Shown here piece by piece: positions 26,815 to 35,173 of a stretch of DNA of 37,408 bases. The stretch is from positions 1-37,408 of the IMG/VR virus record IMGVR_UViG_3300037424_003033. One strand, written 5' to 3'. Each line of letters opens with the position of its first letter. The first letter of the stretch is position 1. Under the pieces are notes generated by a model that was given only the letters and a program-made list of their open reading frames with translations, made no database searches and was not told the DNA's origin. Both the position numbers and the translations under genes were made by a program. This stretch comes from a virus (lineage: Duplodnaviria; Caudoviricetes).

Positions 26815-26860
26815 AGCTGATCTCCCGTTCAGCGTTTGACACATTGGAGATGTTAGTACA

Positions 26861-28087
26861 GTGACCTGGCGCGACAAAATCAAGTCCGGTTCCGTCGAAG
26901 GGGTGCCGCTGCAGGGCTCATTCCGCGGGGTGCGCTTCATTGTGCCCCAGGCTTCGCTGGAGTTTGGGCGCCGGGTGCAGGTGCATGAGTATCCGCAGCG
27001 CGATATCCCGTATGCCGAAGACCTCGGCCGCAAGGCGCGCCGCTTCAAGGTGGAGGTGTTCGTCGATGGCGCCGACTACCTTGCCGCCCGCGATGCGTTG
27101 ATCGAGGCCATCGAGAAGCCAGGCCCTGGCACGCTGGTGCATCCCTGGTACGGCACGCGCCGGGTGGCGGTGGCCGAGGCGCGGGTGCGCGAGTCGAGCC
27201 GCGACGGCGGCCGGGCCACTTTCTCGCTGACCTTTGTCGAGGCTGGCGAGGCGCAGTTGCCGACCTCCCAGACCGACACCGCGGCAGCCGTCACGGCGGC
27301 GGCCGATGCGCTGGAGACCGAGGCGGTGGCCGACTTCACCGAGACCTTTACCGCCGCCACCGAAGGCAAGCCGGCGTGGGTCTTCTCGGAGCTGGAGGGC
27401 GAGCTGGACCGGACCCTGGGAGAGCTGACCCGCATGGTGGGCGATGTGGCCGGGCCGATTGCGGCCGCCATCCGCACGCCGGGCAATATGGCGGTGGCGC
27501 TCATCGGCGCCATCGGCACCATCGAGAGCGTGGCCGCCGAACCGCTGCGCGCACTCAACATGTACGGCAACCTGTTTGGCGCCGGCAGCTCCAGTCCGTC
27601 GGTGCCGACCACCACCGGCACGCGCAAGGGGCAGGCTAGGGCTGCCGATGCCATGCAGCAGCTGACCCGCCGCGCCGCCCTGTGTGGCGCCTGCCGCTCG
27701 GCGGCCTCGACCGACTTTACCGCCCGTGTGACCCGTGATGGCGTGACCGCCTCGCGGGACGACGCGCTATCCATTCGCGCCCAGCTGCTCGACGCTCTGG
27801 ACGATCAGATGGAGGCGACCGACCCGGTGAGCGGCGCGCCGCTGGACGACGGCATCTATCAGGCGCTGGCGGCGCTGCGCTCGGCGGTGGCTGAAGACCT
27901 GCGCACCCGCGGGGCGCAGCTGCCGTCCATCACCATCTACACCCCCAAGGTGACGCTGCCGGCGTTGGTGGTGGCGCACCAGGTGCATGGGGATGCGACC
28001 CGTGCCGATGAGATCGCCGCCCGCAACGGAGTGCGCAACCCCGGCTTCGTTGCTGGCGGCAGTTCGCTGGAGGTGCTGAGTGCCTGA
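26861..28087 (+). CDS. DNA circularization protein (Mu gpN-like)
   Basis: SFRGVRF, GRRVQVHEYP, EDLGR, GPGTLVHPWYG, PALVVAHQVHGDATRADEI. Confidence 0.92.
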   Translation: MTWRDKIKSGSVEGVPLQGSFRGVRFIVPQASLEFGRRVQVHEYPQRDIPYAEDLGRKARRFKVEVFVDGADYLAARDALIEAIEKPGPGTLVHPWYGTRRVAVAEARVRESSRDGGRATFSLTFVEAGEAQLPTSQTDTAAAVTAAADALETEAVADFTETFTAATEGKPAWVFSELEGELDRTLGELTRMVGDVAGPIAAAIRTPGNMAVALIGAIGTIESVAAEPLRALNMYGNLFGAGSSSPSVPTTTGTRKGQARAADAMQQLTRRAALCGACRSAASTDFTARVTRDGVTASRDDALSIRAQLLDALDDQMEATDPVSGAPLDDGIYQALAALRSAVAEDLRTRGAQLPSITIYTPKVTLPALVVAHQVHGDATRADEIAARNGVRNPGFVAGGSSLEVLSA

Positions 28088-29141
28088 CGTTCGTCTCAAG
28101 CTCGGCGGCCAGGTCTACGGCGGCTGGACCCGCATCCGGGTGATGCGCTCCATCGAGAGTGTGGCCGACACCTTTGAGTTGACCTTGACCGAGCGCTGGG
28201 GCGAGCAGGCGGCGCCCCGGCCGATTCGCGCCGGCATGCCGTGCGAGGTGTGGATCGGTAACGAGCGGGTGGTCACCGGCTACGTGGACGAGGCGCTGCC
28301 TGCCTATGACGGACAGACCCACACCATCGCCGTGAGCGGCCGCAGCAAGGCCGGCGACCTGGTGGACTGTTCTCTGGCTGGCGAGGCGGGAAAGCCGCTG
28401 CAATGGAAGGGGCAGACCCTTCTGGCCATCGCCAAAGACCTGGCCGGACGGTTCGGCATCGAGGTGAGCGCCACGGCCGACGTGGGGGCGCCGTTCAAGA
28501 TTGAGGCACTGGAGCCGGGCGAGACTGTGTGGGACTTCCTGGAGGGGCTGGCGCGCCGCCGTGCCGTGCGCATCGTCTCGAAGACCGACGGCAATCTGGT
28601 GATCACCCGTGCCGGCACTGCCCGTATCGACACCGCCCTGCGCCTGGGTGAGAACATCCGTTCCGCCTCGGGGCAGTTCACCACGCGGGAGCGATTCAGC
28701 GACTACATCGTGCAGGGACAGCAGACCGGCGACGACTGGGGCAGCGGCGACGCCGCGGCGCACATGCAGGGCGCGGCGAGCGACGAGGCCTTGAAGGGGC
28801 TTGGCCGGTACCGGCCGCTGGTGGTGGTGGCGGATGGGCCGTCCACCACGGCCGACTGCAAGCGCCGGGCGGAGTGGCAGCGCAACACCGCCTATGGCCG
28901 CGGCCAGGGCGTGGTGTACACGGTGGCCGACTGGCGCCATGCCTCCGGCCTGTGGGTGCCCAATCACCTGGTGCCGGTGGATGATGCCTGGATGGGCATC
29001 GAGGCCGACCGGCTGATCATGTCGGTGCAGTTCCTGCTGGACGACAACGGCCAGCGCGCCGAGCTGCGCGTGATGCCGCCCGAGGCGGCCGACCTGGTGG
29101 CGCTGCCGGACCCGGACAAGGAGGGCTCGCCGTGGGGCTGA
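28080..29141 (+). CDS. Baseplate hub protein (Mu gpP/gp44)
   Basis: YGGW, VTGYVD, GRSKAGDLVDCS, EPGETVWDFL, ERFSDYIVQGQ. Confidence 0.92.
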   Translation: MPDVRLKLGGQVYGGWTRIRVMRSIESVADTFELTLTERWGEQAAPRPIRAGMPCEVWIGNERVVTGYVDEALPAYDGQTHTIAVSGRSKAGDLVDCSLAGEAGKPLQWKGQTLLAIAKDLAGRFGIEVSATADVGAPFKIEALEPGETVWDFLEGLARRRAVRIVSKTDGNLVITRAGTARIDTALRLGENIRSASGQFTTRERFSDYIVQGQQTGDDWGSGDAAAHMQGAASDEALKGLGRYRPLVVVADGPSTTADCKRRAEWQRNTAYGRGQGVVYTVADWRHASGLWVPNHLVPVDDAWMGIEADRLIMSVQFLLDDNGQRAELRVMPPEAADLVALPDPDKEGSPWG

Positions 29142-29731
29142 GTGTGCGAGGCATCAATCGCCTGCTGGCCCCGCTCAAGCGCCGGGTGCAGCTGCTGGTT
29201 ACCCGCTCGGTGGTGCGCCTGGTGGACCCGGCCGCCATGTTGCAGCAACTCCAGGTGGAGGCGCTGGCCAACGAGGTACTGGACCAGGTGGAGCACTGGG
29301 AGCCCTATGGCTACACCAGCCGGCCACACCCCGGCGCCGAGGCGCTGCTGCTCTCCCTGGGCGGTCGCCGCGGCCATACCGTGGCCGTCAACGTGGCCGA
29401 CCGCCGCTTCCGCCTGAAAAACCTCAAGCCCGGCGAAGTCGCCCTCTATGACGACCTGGGCAATGTGATCGTGTTCGAGCGCGACCAGGTGCGGGTGGAG
29501 GCGGTGCAGCATATCGACGTGACCGCGCCCACCTGCCACATCACGGCGACCACCACCCACGACGGCAATGTGACCATCAACGGCAATGTGGTGGTGGACG
29601 GCAACATCACGGCCAGCGGCGATATCACCGACGGCGTGGGCTCCATGCAGGGCATGCGTGACACCTACAACGGCCACAACCACCCCGGCGACTCGGGCGG
29701 TACCACTGGCTCGCCGAATCAGGGGATGTAA
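29132..29731 (+). CDS. Baseplate spike (Mu gp45 / gpV family)
   Basis: EPYGYTSRP, LKPGEVALYDDLG, beta-repeat and terminal HNH metal-binding tip. Confidence 0.9.
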   Translation: MGLSVRGINRLLAPLKRRVQLLVTRSVVRLVDPAAMLQQLQVEALANEVLDQVEHWEPYGYTSRPHPGAEALLLSLGGRRGHTVAVNVADRRFRLKNLKPGEVALYDDLGNVIVFERDQVRVEAVQHIDVTAPTCHITATTTHDGNVTINGNVVVDGNITASGDITDGVGSMQGMRDTYNGHNHPGDSGGTTGSPNQGM

Positions 29732-29734
29732 GCG

Positions 29735-30190
29735 ATGGACCTGGCGATTCTCTACAACGGCCGCGCCTTCACCTTCGACCTGGCCACCGCCGGGGCGGAC
29801 CTCGCCACCGAGGACGGGCTGCGGGCGGCGGTGCTGGTGAGCCTGTTCACCGACCGGCACGCCGAGGCGGACGACCCGCTGCCGGGGGCACCGAACAGCG
29901 CCGACCGCCGGGGCTGGTGGGCGGATGCCTGGCCGGAGCTGGACGGGGACCGCATCGGCTCCCGGCTGTGGCTGCTGGGCCGCGAAAAGCAGACGGCGGA
30001 CGTGCTCCAGCGGGCGCAAGTCTACAGCGAGGAGGCGCTGGCCTGGCTCATCGAGGATGGCGTGGCGCTGGCGGTGAGCGTGACCGCCGAGTGGATGGCT
30101 ACCGGGGTGCTGGGACTGCATGTGGCCCTTCGCCTGGCGGACGGCGGGCGCTTTGAGGATGTTTTCGATTACCCATTGGAGGCCGCGTAA
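29735..30190 (+). CDS. Baseplate protein Mu gp46
   Basis: AVLVSLFTD, RGWWAD, GSRLWLL, EALAWLIEDG. Confidence 0.92.
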   Translation: MDLAILYNGRAFTFDLATAGADLATEDGLRAAVLVSLFTDRHAEADDPLPGAPNSADRRGWWADAWPELDGDRIGSRLWLLGREKQTADVLQRAQVYSEEALAWLIEDGVALAVSVTAEWMATGVLGLHVALRLADGGRFEDVFDYPLEAA

Positions 30191-31264
30191 ATGGCGTTTA
30201 ACCGACCGACCCTGCCGCAGCTGATTGACCGCATCGCGGCGGATATCGAGAGCCGCCTGGCCGGCACCGACCCGCGCCTGCGCCGGGCGGTGCTGGGGGT
30301 GCTGGCGCGCACCCTGGCGGGTGCGGCGCATGGGCTGCACGGGCATCTGGACTGGCTGGCCAAGCAGATTGTGCCGGACACGGCAGAGGCGGAGATTCTG
30401 GACCGCTGGGCGAGCTGGTGGGGCGTGAGCCGCAAGGCGGCCGCGGCGGCCACTGGCGAGGTGACCTTCGCCGGCAACGAGGGGGCGACCATCCCGGCCG
30501 GCACGAGCGTGCAGCGCTCCGATGGCATCGAGTACACCACCGATGCCGAGGCCACCATCACCGGCGGCACGGCCACGGTGGCGGTGACTGCCGCCAGCGC
30601 CGGGCAGGATACGAGCGCGGCGGCCGGGGTGTCGCTGTCGCTGGTCTCGCCGGTGGCAGGGGTGCAGTCGGCGGCCACGGTGGCGGCGGGCGGCCTGACC
30701 GGCGGCGCCGACGAGGAGACCGATGCGGCCCTGCGCGAGCGGCTGCGCTCGCGGGTGCAGAACCCGCCCCACGGTGGCAGCGAGGCCGACTATGAGGCCT
30801 GGGCGCTGGAGGTGGAGGGGGTGACCCGTGTGTGGGTGTTCCCGCAGTGGACCGGCGACGGCACGGTGGGGCTGTTCTTCGTGCGCGACGACGACGCGGA
30901 CTTCATCCCTGACGCGGCCGAGGTGGCGGCGGTGCAGGACTACGTGGACGCGCTGCGCCCGGTGACGGCGGCGCTGACCTGTTACGCGCCCACGGCGGTG
31001 GCGGTGGATATGACCATTCAGCTCTCGCCCAATACGGCCAGCGTGCAGGCGGCGGTGCAGGCGGAGCTGGAGGATCTGTTTCGGCGCGAGGCGGGGGTGG
31101 AAGACGGGGCCGGCTCCGGCACGGTGCTGCTCTCCCATATCCGCGAGGCCATCAGCCGGGCCGAGGGCGAGACCGACCATGTGCTGGTGAGCCCGGCCGC
31201 GGACGTGACCCTCTCGGCGGGCGAGATCGCCACCGTCGGCAACCTGACCTTCCAGGCGCTCTAA
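30191..31264 (+). CDS. Baseplate wedge J-like protein (Mu gp47)
   Basis: FNRPTL, GGADEETD, PPHGGSEADYEAWALEV. Confidence 0.93.
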   Translation: MAFNRPTLPQLIDRIAADIESRLAGTDPRLRRAVLGVLARTLAGAAHGLHGHLDWLAKQIVPDTAEAEILDRWASWWGVSRKAAAAATGEVTFAGNEGATIPAGTSVQRSDGIEYTTDAEATITGGTATVAVTAASAGQDTSAAAGVSLSLVSPVAGVQSAATVAAGGLTGGADEETDAALRERLRSRVQNPPHGGSEADYEAWALEVEGVTRVWVFPQWTGDGTVGLFFVRDDDADFIPDAAEVAAVQDYVDALRPVTAALTCYAPTAVAVDMTIQLSPNTASVQAAVQAELEDLFRREAGVEDGAGSGTVLLSHIREAISRAEGETDHVLVSPAADVTLSAGEIATVGNLTFQAL

Positions 31265-31265
31265 C

Positions 31266-31859
31266 ATGCCCGGCGCGAACGAATACAAGGCCCAGCTGCA
31301 GGCGCTGCTCCCGCCGGGGCGGCTGTGGGATGCGCTGCGCGAGGGCGGCAGCCTGGCCGACCAGCTGCTGGCGGCGCTGGCGGTGGAGTTCGCCCGCGTG
31401 GACGAGCGCGGCGATGCGCTGCTGGACGAGACCGACCCGCGCACGGTGTACGAGCTGCTGACCGAGTGGGAGGCCTTCGCCGGCCTGCCCGACACCTGCA
31501 CCGGGGAGCTGACCACCATCAGCCAGCGCCGCGAGGCGCTGCTGGAGCGGCTGACCTCGACCGGCGACCAGTCCGCCGCCTACTTCATCGCCCTGGCCGA
31601 GCGGTTGGGCTACACGGTGACTATCACCGAGTACACCCCGCCCTATGTTGGCCAGGCCGTGGCCGGCGATGCGCTCACCTACGGCGGCTGGGTGCATGCC
31701 TTCACCGTCAACGCGCCGGAGACCACCGTCACCGACGCCGTGGCCGGCGGCGCCTCGGCCGGCGAGCCGCTGCGCTCTTGGGGCAATGCCGTGCTGGAGT
31801 GCGCCATCCGGCGCCGCAAGCCGGCCCATTCTGTTGTGCTGTTTACCTACGGAGGATAA
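31266..31859 (+). CDS. Baseplate protein Mu gp48 (DUF2313/YmfQ)
   Basis: LQALLPPG, ELLTEWE, GLPD, LECAIRRRKPAH. Confidence 0.9.
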   Translation: MPGANEYKAQLQALLPPGRLWDALREGGSLADQLLAALAVEFARVDERGDALLDETDPRTVYELLTEWEAFAGLPDTCTGELTTISQRREALLERLTSTGDQSAAYFIALAERLGYTVTITEYTPPYVGQAVAGDALTYGGWVHAFTVNAPETTVTDAVAGGASAGEPLRSWGNAVLECAIRRRKPAHSVVLFTYGG

Positions 31860-31862
31860 CCA

Positions 31863-32195
31863 ATGATCGGGGCACCCAAGCACCTGAACACCAAAGACGA
31901 CTACGAGTACGCCCATGCGCTGGCGACGGAGGGGAAGATCCCCGCTGATGCCATGCGCAAACAGTGGGAGGGGTTGCTGGCTACGCGCCAGGTGTACGCC
32001 TACGACCGCGACCTGGGCGCCACCGAAGACCCGGACGGCCCGGAGCCGGAGTACAGGGTTATCACCGACACTGCCGAGGACGGCACCGAGACGCGCAAGC
32101 AGTACAAGCTGGGGCCAAACCCTGGGGCGGCGATTGATCGCCTTGGCTACACCGTGGCCGAGGTTGAAGCGAAACTGGCAGAGCTGGGAGGTTAA
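31863..32195 (+). CDS. Hypothetical protein upstream of the DGR target
   Basis: GGAGG SD; 110 aa ORF filling the gap between gp48 and the fibre gene. Confidence 0.8.
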   Translation: MIGAPKHLNTKDDYEYAHALATEGKIPADAMRKQWEGLLATRQVYAYDRDLGATEDPDGPEPEYRVITDTAEDGTETRKQYKLGPNPGAAIDRLGYTVAEVEAKLAELGG

Positions 32196-32200
32196 GCGAC

Positions 32201-33433
32201 ATGCAGAAGATTGGAGATGTAGCCGGCAGTAATGCCGACATCAACGACGAGTGGACCAACGGCGACCCGCAGAGCGGCACCCCGGCCACCATTCTGATGG
32301 CCGAGTACCTGAACACGCTGCAGCGTGAGCTGGTGGCCATCGCCGAGCACAACGGCGGCGCCCTGGACCCTGAAAACGACGCGCAGCTCATCAGCGCCAT
32401 CCGTCTGGTGGGACAGCCGGCCGGTGGTGTTTCGCTGATGGGTGAGATTGCCAAGGGCACCGGCGACACCCTCGACCTGCCCGAGGGGCAAATCAACATC
32501 GGCGGCAACGGCCTGGGCTACCTGCTGACTGCCCAGACCGACTGGGACCCGACGGCAGCCGAGAACCACGACGGCACCGTGGTGGGTCTGACTCTGGGCG
32601 ATAACGTCTATATCTACGCCGTGCAGCAGGCGTCGGGTATCGCCAAGTGGCTCGCCTCCATGAATAGCACCGTGCCGACCGGCTACACCAGCACCAACAG
32701 CCGCAAGGTGGGCGGCTTCCACTACGGCCGCTACCGCCCCCTGGCGAACCGCTACGACGCGGCCTATACGCCCCTGGCGCAGATCCTGCCGAACAGCTGC
32801 TGGGACCTTCAGCACCGCCCCAAGTGCGACCCCACCGGCATGGCGGAGGTGATCCCTGGGCGCCTGTGGGCGGATATCTACCTCAACAGCGAGGGTGCCG
32901 GCACCTGGCCGGAGACCGTCCCGGTCAGCGCCTACGGCGCCACCCCGCTCTCCGGCACTGAGGGCTATTCCCGCTACCTGGACCTCCCGGTCCTGGCTGC
33001 CAACGCCGGCAAGCGCCTGCCCTACCTGCACGAGTTCTACGTCTACGCCGACGGCGCGCCCCAGGGTAATGACGGCAACAACGACACCGCCTGGAGCGCC
33101 ACCACCAACAGCGGCCGCACCACCACCGGGGCGGTGGCCAAGTCTGTGGCCTGTTCCGGTATCGTGGATGCCGTGGGCAACCTGTGGGAGCCCTGTCTCG
33201 ACCTCTACGACGACGGCAACGCCGCCTGGGCGTGGGATACCACCATCCTGGATAACGGCAAGGATGCGGCCCAGGCTCGCGGTGATCTCTACCACTCCCG
33301 TTGGCGCTTCTGGGTGGCCGGGGGCAATTGGGGCAACGGCGTCCGCTGCGGCTCGCGCTGCGCGCACTCCGACGTCAGCCCGGAGAACGTGAGCACGAGT
33401 ACGGGTCTGCGCTGCGTCTGTGACTCCCTGTGA
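32201..33433 (+). CDS. mtd: Receptor-binding/tail fibre protein, Mtd-like DGR target
   Basis: Mu-type fibre N-terminus (GDPQSGTPAT...LNTLQRELV...QLISAI); Mtd-like motifs SRKVGGFHY, WDLQHRP, WADIYL, GKRLP, GNLWE; C-terminal GGxW...GSR...GLRCVCD CLec-type VR. Confidence 0.9.
   Translation: MQKIGDVAGSNADINDEWTNGDPQSGTPATILMAEYLNTLQRELVAIAEHNGGALDPENDAQLISAIRLVGQPAGGVSLMGEIAKGTGDTLDLPEGQINIGGNGLGYLLTAQTDWDPTAAENHDGTVVGLTLGDNVYIYAVQQASGIAKWLASMNSTVPTGYTSTNSRKVGGFHYGRYRPLANRYDAAYTPLAQILPNSCWDLQHRPKCDPTGMAEVIPGRLWADIYLNSEGAGTWPETVPVSAYGATPLSGTEGYSRYLDLPVLAANAGKRLPYLHEFYVYADGAPQGNDGNNDTAWSATTNSGRTTTGAVAKSVACSGIVDAVGNLWEPCLDLYDDGNAAWAWDTTILDNGKDAAQARGDLYHSRWRFWVAGGNWGNGVRCGSRCAHSDVSPENVSTSTGLRCVCDSL
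33300..33424 (+). repeat. DGR variable repeat (VR)
   Basis: 125-nt ungapped match to 33826-33950 with 10 mismatches, all opposite TR adenines. Confidence 0.97.
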
Positions 33434-33792
33434 CCATGAGCCCTGATGAGGCCCCGCGGCAGCGGGGTCTTGTTCTTTTGAACAAGACCGAGAAGCTGAT
33501 CGCCGACCTTGGGCCGGTCCTCGACAAGATCCCCAGGCATCAACGCTACCGCTACGGTGCCAGGCTGGAAGATGCCCTGTGGGAGCTGGTGAGCCGCATC
33601 ATCGAGGCGGCGGCCAGCGGCCAGAAAAGCAAGGTGTACCGAGCGGACGAGCAAGTCCGCTTTATTCATTCCCTGCTGAGGCATGGCGCCGAGCGAAAGC
33701 TGATAGGCGCCAAGCGCGTGGGCGAGGCGGCGCAGCAGCTCAAGGAGGTGGGCGCCATGATTGGCGCCTGGCGTCAGCGGTTCAAGCAGTAA
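33430..33792 (+). CDS. avd: DGR accessory variability determinant (Avd, four-helix bundle); start GTG 33430 or ATG 33436
   Basis: About 120 aa, basic and helical; IPRHQRYRYG and EVGAMIGAW motifs; between target and TR. Confidence 0.9.
   Translation: MTMSPDEAPRQRGLVLLNKTEKLIADLGPVLDKIPRHQRYRYGARLEDALWELVSRIIEAAASGQKSKVYRADEQVRFIHSLLRHGAERKLIGAKRVGEAAQQLKEVGAMIGAWRQRFKQ
33449..33470 (+). promoter_or_regulatory. DGR target-recognition hairpin downstream of the VR
   Basis: AGGCCCCGC-GGCA-GCGGGGTCT: 6 perfect GC pairs, extended through one G-T; 4-nt loop; 15 nt after the target stop. Confidence 0.7.
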
Positions 33793-34128
33793 CCGAATAA
33801 GGGGTGGTGTGGGTTTCGGCGTCTTGTTGGCGCTTCTGGATGGCCGGGGGCAATTGGGACAACGGCGTCCACTGCGGCTCGCGCTGCGCGAACTCCAACA
33901 ACAACCCGGAGAACGTGAACACGAATACGGGTCTGCGCTGCGTCTGTGACCACCTATTTTGCAGAGAGGACGGCAACGGCGTTGCCGTCACCTAGCATCC
34001 CTGTAACAGGGGGTCAGCCACATCATCCCGGCCCTGGCAGTGCCAGGCCGAATACGACAGGCCGGGCGGCGCGAGTAGCGCAAGCGAAAGCCCCGCCAGG
34101 TCGCCCAAACAAGAAGAACGGAGCAAGG
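33793..34128 (+). ncRNA. DGR RNA (5' flank, TR and structured spacer)
   Basis: Perfect 9-bp hairpin 33969-33989, further stems in 33998-34100, 12-bp pairing of 33801-33812 with 34018-34029. Confidence 0.7.
33826..33950 (+). repeat. DGR template repeat (TR)
   Basis: AAC-rich intergenic copy of the VR (9 AAY codons in the VR frame) between avd and the RT. Confidence 0.97.
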
Positions 34129-35157
34129 ATGGGAGCCAAGCACAAACGGCTTATTGAGCGCATCATCGACTGGGACAATCTGGAGCGAGCCCACCGCCTG
34201 GCGCGGCGCGGCAAGCGTGACCGCTTCGAGGTGGGGCTGTTCGAGGCGAACCTCTGGGAGGAACTGGGCACCCTACAGATGGAGATGCTGTGGGGCACCT
34301 ATCGCCCCGGCCGGTACCGGGCCTTCCTGGTGTATGAGCCCAAGCGCCGGGAGATACTGGCGGCGCCCTACCGGGACCGGGTGGCGCAGCATGCCATCTG
34401 TGCCCTCTGCGGCCCGATATGGGACAAGGGCATGATTTACGACAGCTATGCCTGCCGGCCAGGCAAAGGCTCCCATGCCGGCGCCGCCAGGGTAGAGCGG
34501 TGGCTCCGCGGAATGGTGGCCACCGGCCCAGCGTGGGTGGTCAAGATGGACGTTTCCAAATACTTCGCCAGCATCCGGCACCAGCTCGCCAAAGAGGCGG
34601 TGCGGGACAAGATAAGCTGCCCCGACACCCTCCGGCTGCTCGACCGCATCATCGACAGCACCGCCGACCCGGACGACCCGGACCCGACCGGCATCCCCGT
34701 GGGCAACCTGACCAGCCAATGGATCGCCAACCTGGTGGGCAACCGAATCGACCAGTGGGCCAAGCGGGAGCTGCGGCTACGGCGCTACGCCCGCTACATG
34801 GACGATATGGTGGCCATTGTGCGCACCAAAGAGGAGGCCCTGGCCATCCGTGACGCTTTCGCCAACCAACTGGCCAGCATGGGCATGCGCTTCAGCAAGA
34901 GCAGCGTCCTGCCGGCCAGTCGCGGGGTCAACTTCCTGGGCTACCGGATATGGCCCCACAAGCGCCTGCTGCGGCAGGATTCAGTCCGGCGCATCAAGCG
35001 CAACCTGCGGGCCATGCAGTGGGAGTACGCCAGAGGCCTGATAGGCCCCGAGAAGGTCCGCCAGCGCATCGCCGCCTGGCTGGCCCACGCCGACTACGCC
35101 CAGGCCGATAACCTGAAGCGTAAAGTGCTAGGTGGAGTGGTGTTTAAGAGGGGGTAA
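34129..35157 (+). CDS. brt: DGR reverse transcriptase (342 aa)
   Basis: EPKRREI, YRDRVAQHA, KMDVSKYFASI, GIPVGNLTSQ (DGR-type GxxxSQ), YARYMDD, FLGY; no maturase or endonuclease tail. Confidence 0.96.
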   Translation: MGAKHKRLIERIIDWDNLERAHRLARRGKRDRFEVGLFEANLWEELGTLQMEMLWGTYRPGRYRAFLVYEPKRREILAAPYRDRVAQHAICALCGPIWDKGMIYDSYACRPGKGSHAGAARVERWLRGMVATGPAWVVKMDVSKYFASIRHQLAKEAVRDKISCPDTLRLLDRIIDSTADPDDPDPTGIPVGNLTSQWIANLVGNRIDQWAKRELRLRRYARYMDDMVAIVRTKEEALAIRDAFANQLASMGMRFSKSSVLPASRGVNFLGYRIWPHKRLLRQDSVRRIKRNLRAMQWEYARGLIGPEKVRQRIAAWLAHADYAQADNLKRKVLGGVVFKRG

Positions 35158-35173
35158 ATTCGGCTTAAAATGC

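Noticed and set aside
26836-26862. TTGACA...TACAGT as a sigma70 promoter for gpN
   Set aside because: Spacer is only 15 nt and the -10 overlaps the start codon
1-33299. Second DGR target elsewhere in the prophage
   Set aside because: No other copy of the VR 3' sequence seen by eye; a BLASTn of the TR against the whole genome is needed to exclude remote targets
33443-33475. CTGATGAG plus hairpin as a second hammerhead
   Set aside because: No GAAA after the stem and no stems I or III; better explained as the DGR hairpin
33804-33995. 63-aa ORF across the TR
   Set aside because: Open because the TR mirrors the VR frame; DGR template repeats act as RNA
33946-34128. N-terminal extension of the RT in the ORF track
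   Set aside because: Covers the hairpin-rich spacer; RT similarity starts at ATG 34129, which has a purine-rich SD-like region
34129-35157. RT as a group II intron, retron or Abi RT
   Set aside because: GNLTSQ motif, short length, adjacent avd and an adenine-specific TR/VR pair identify a DGR
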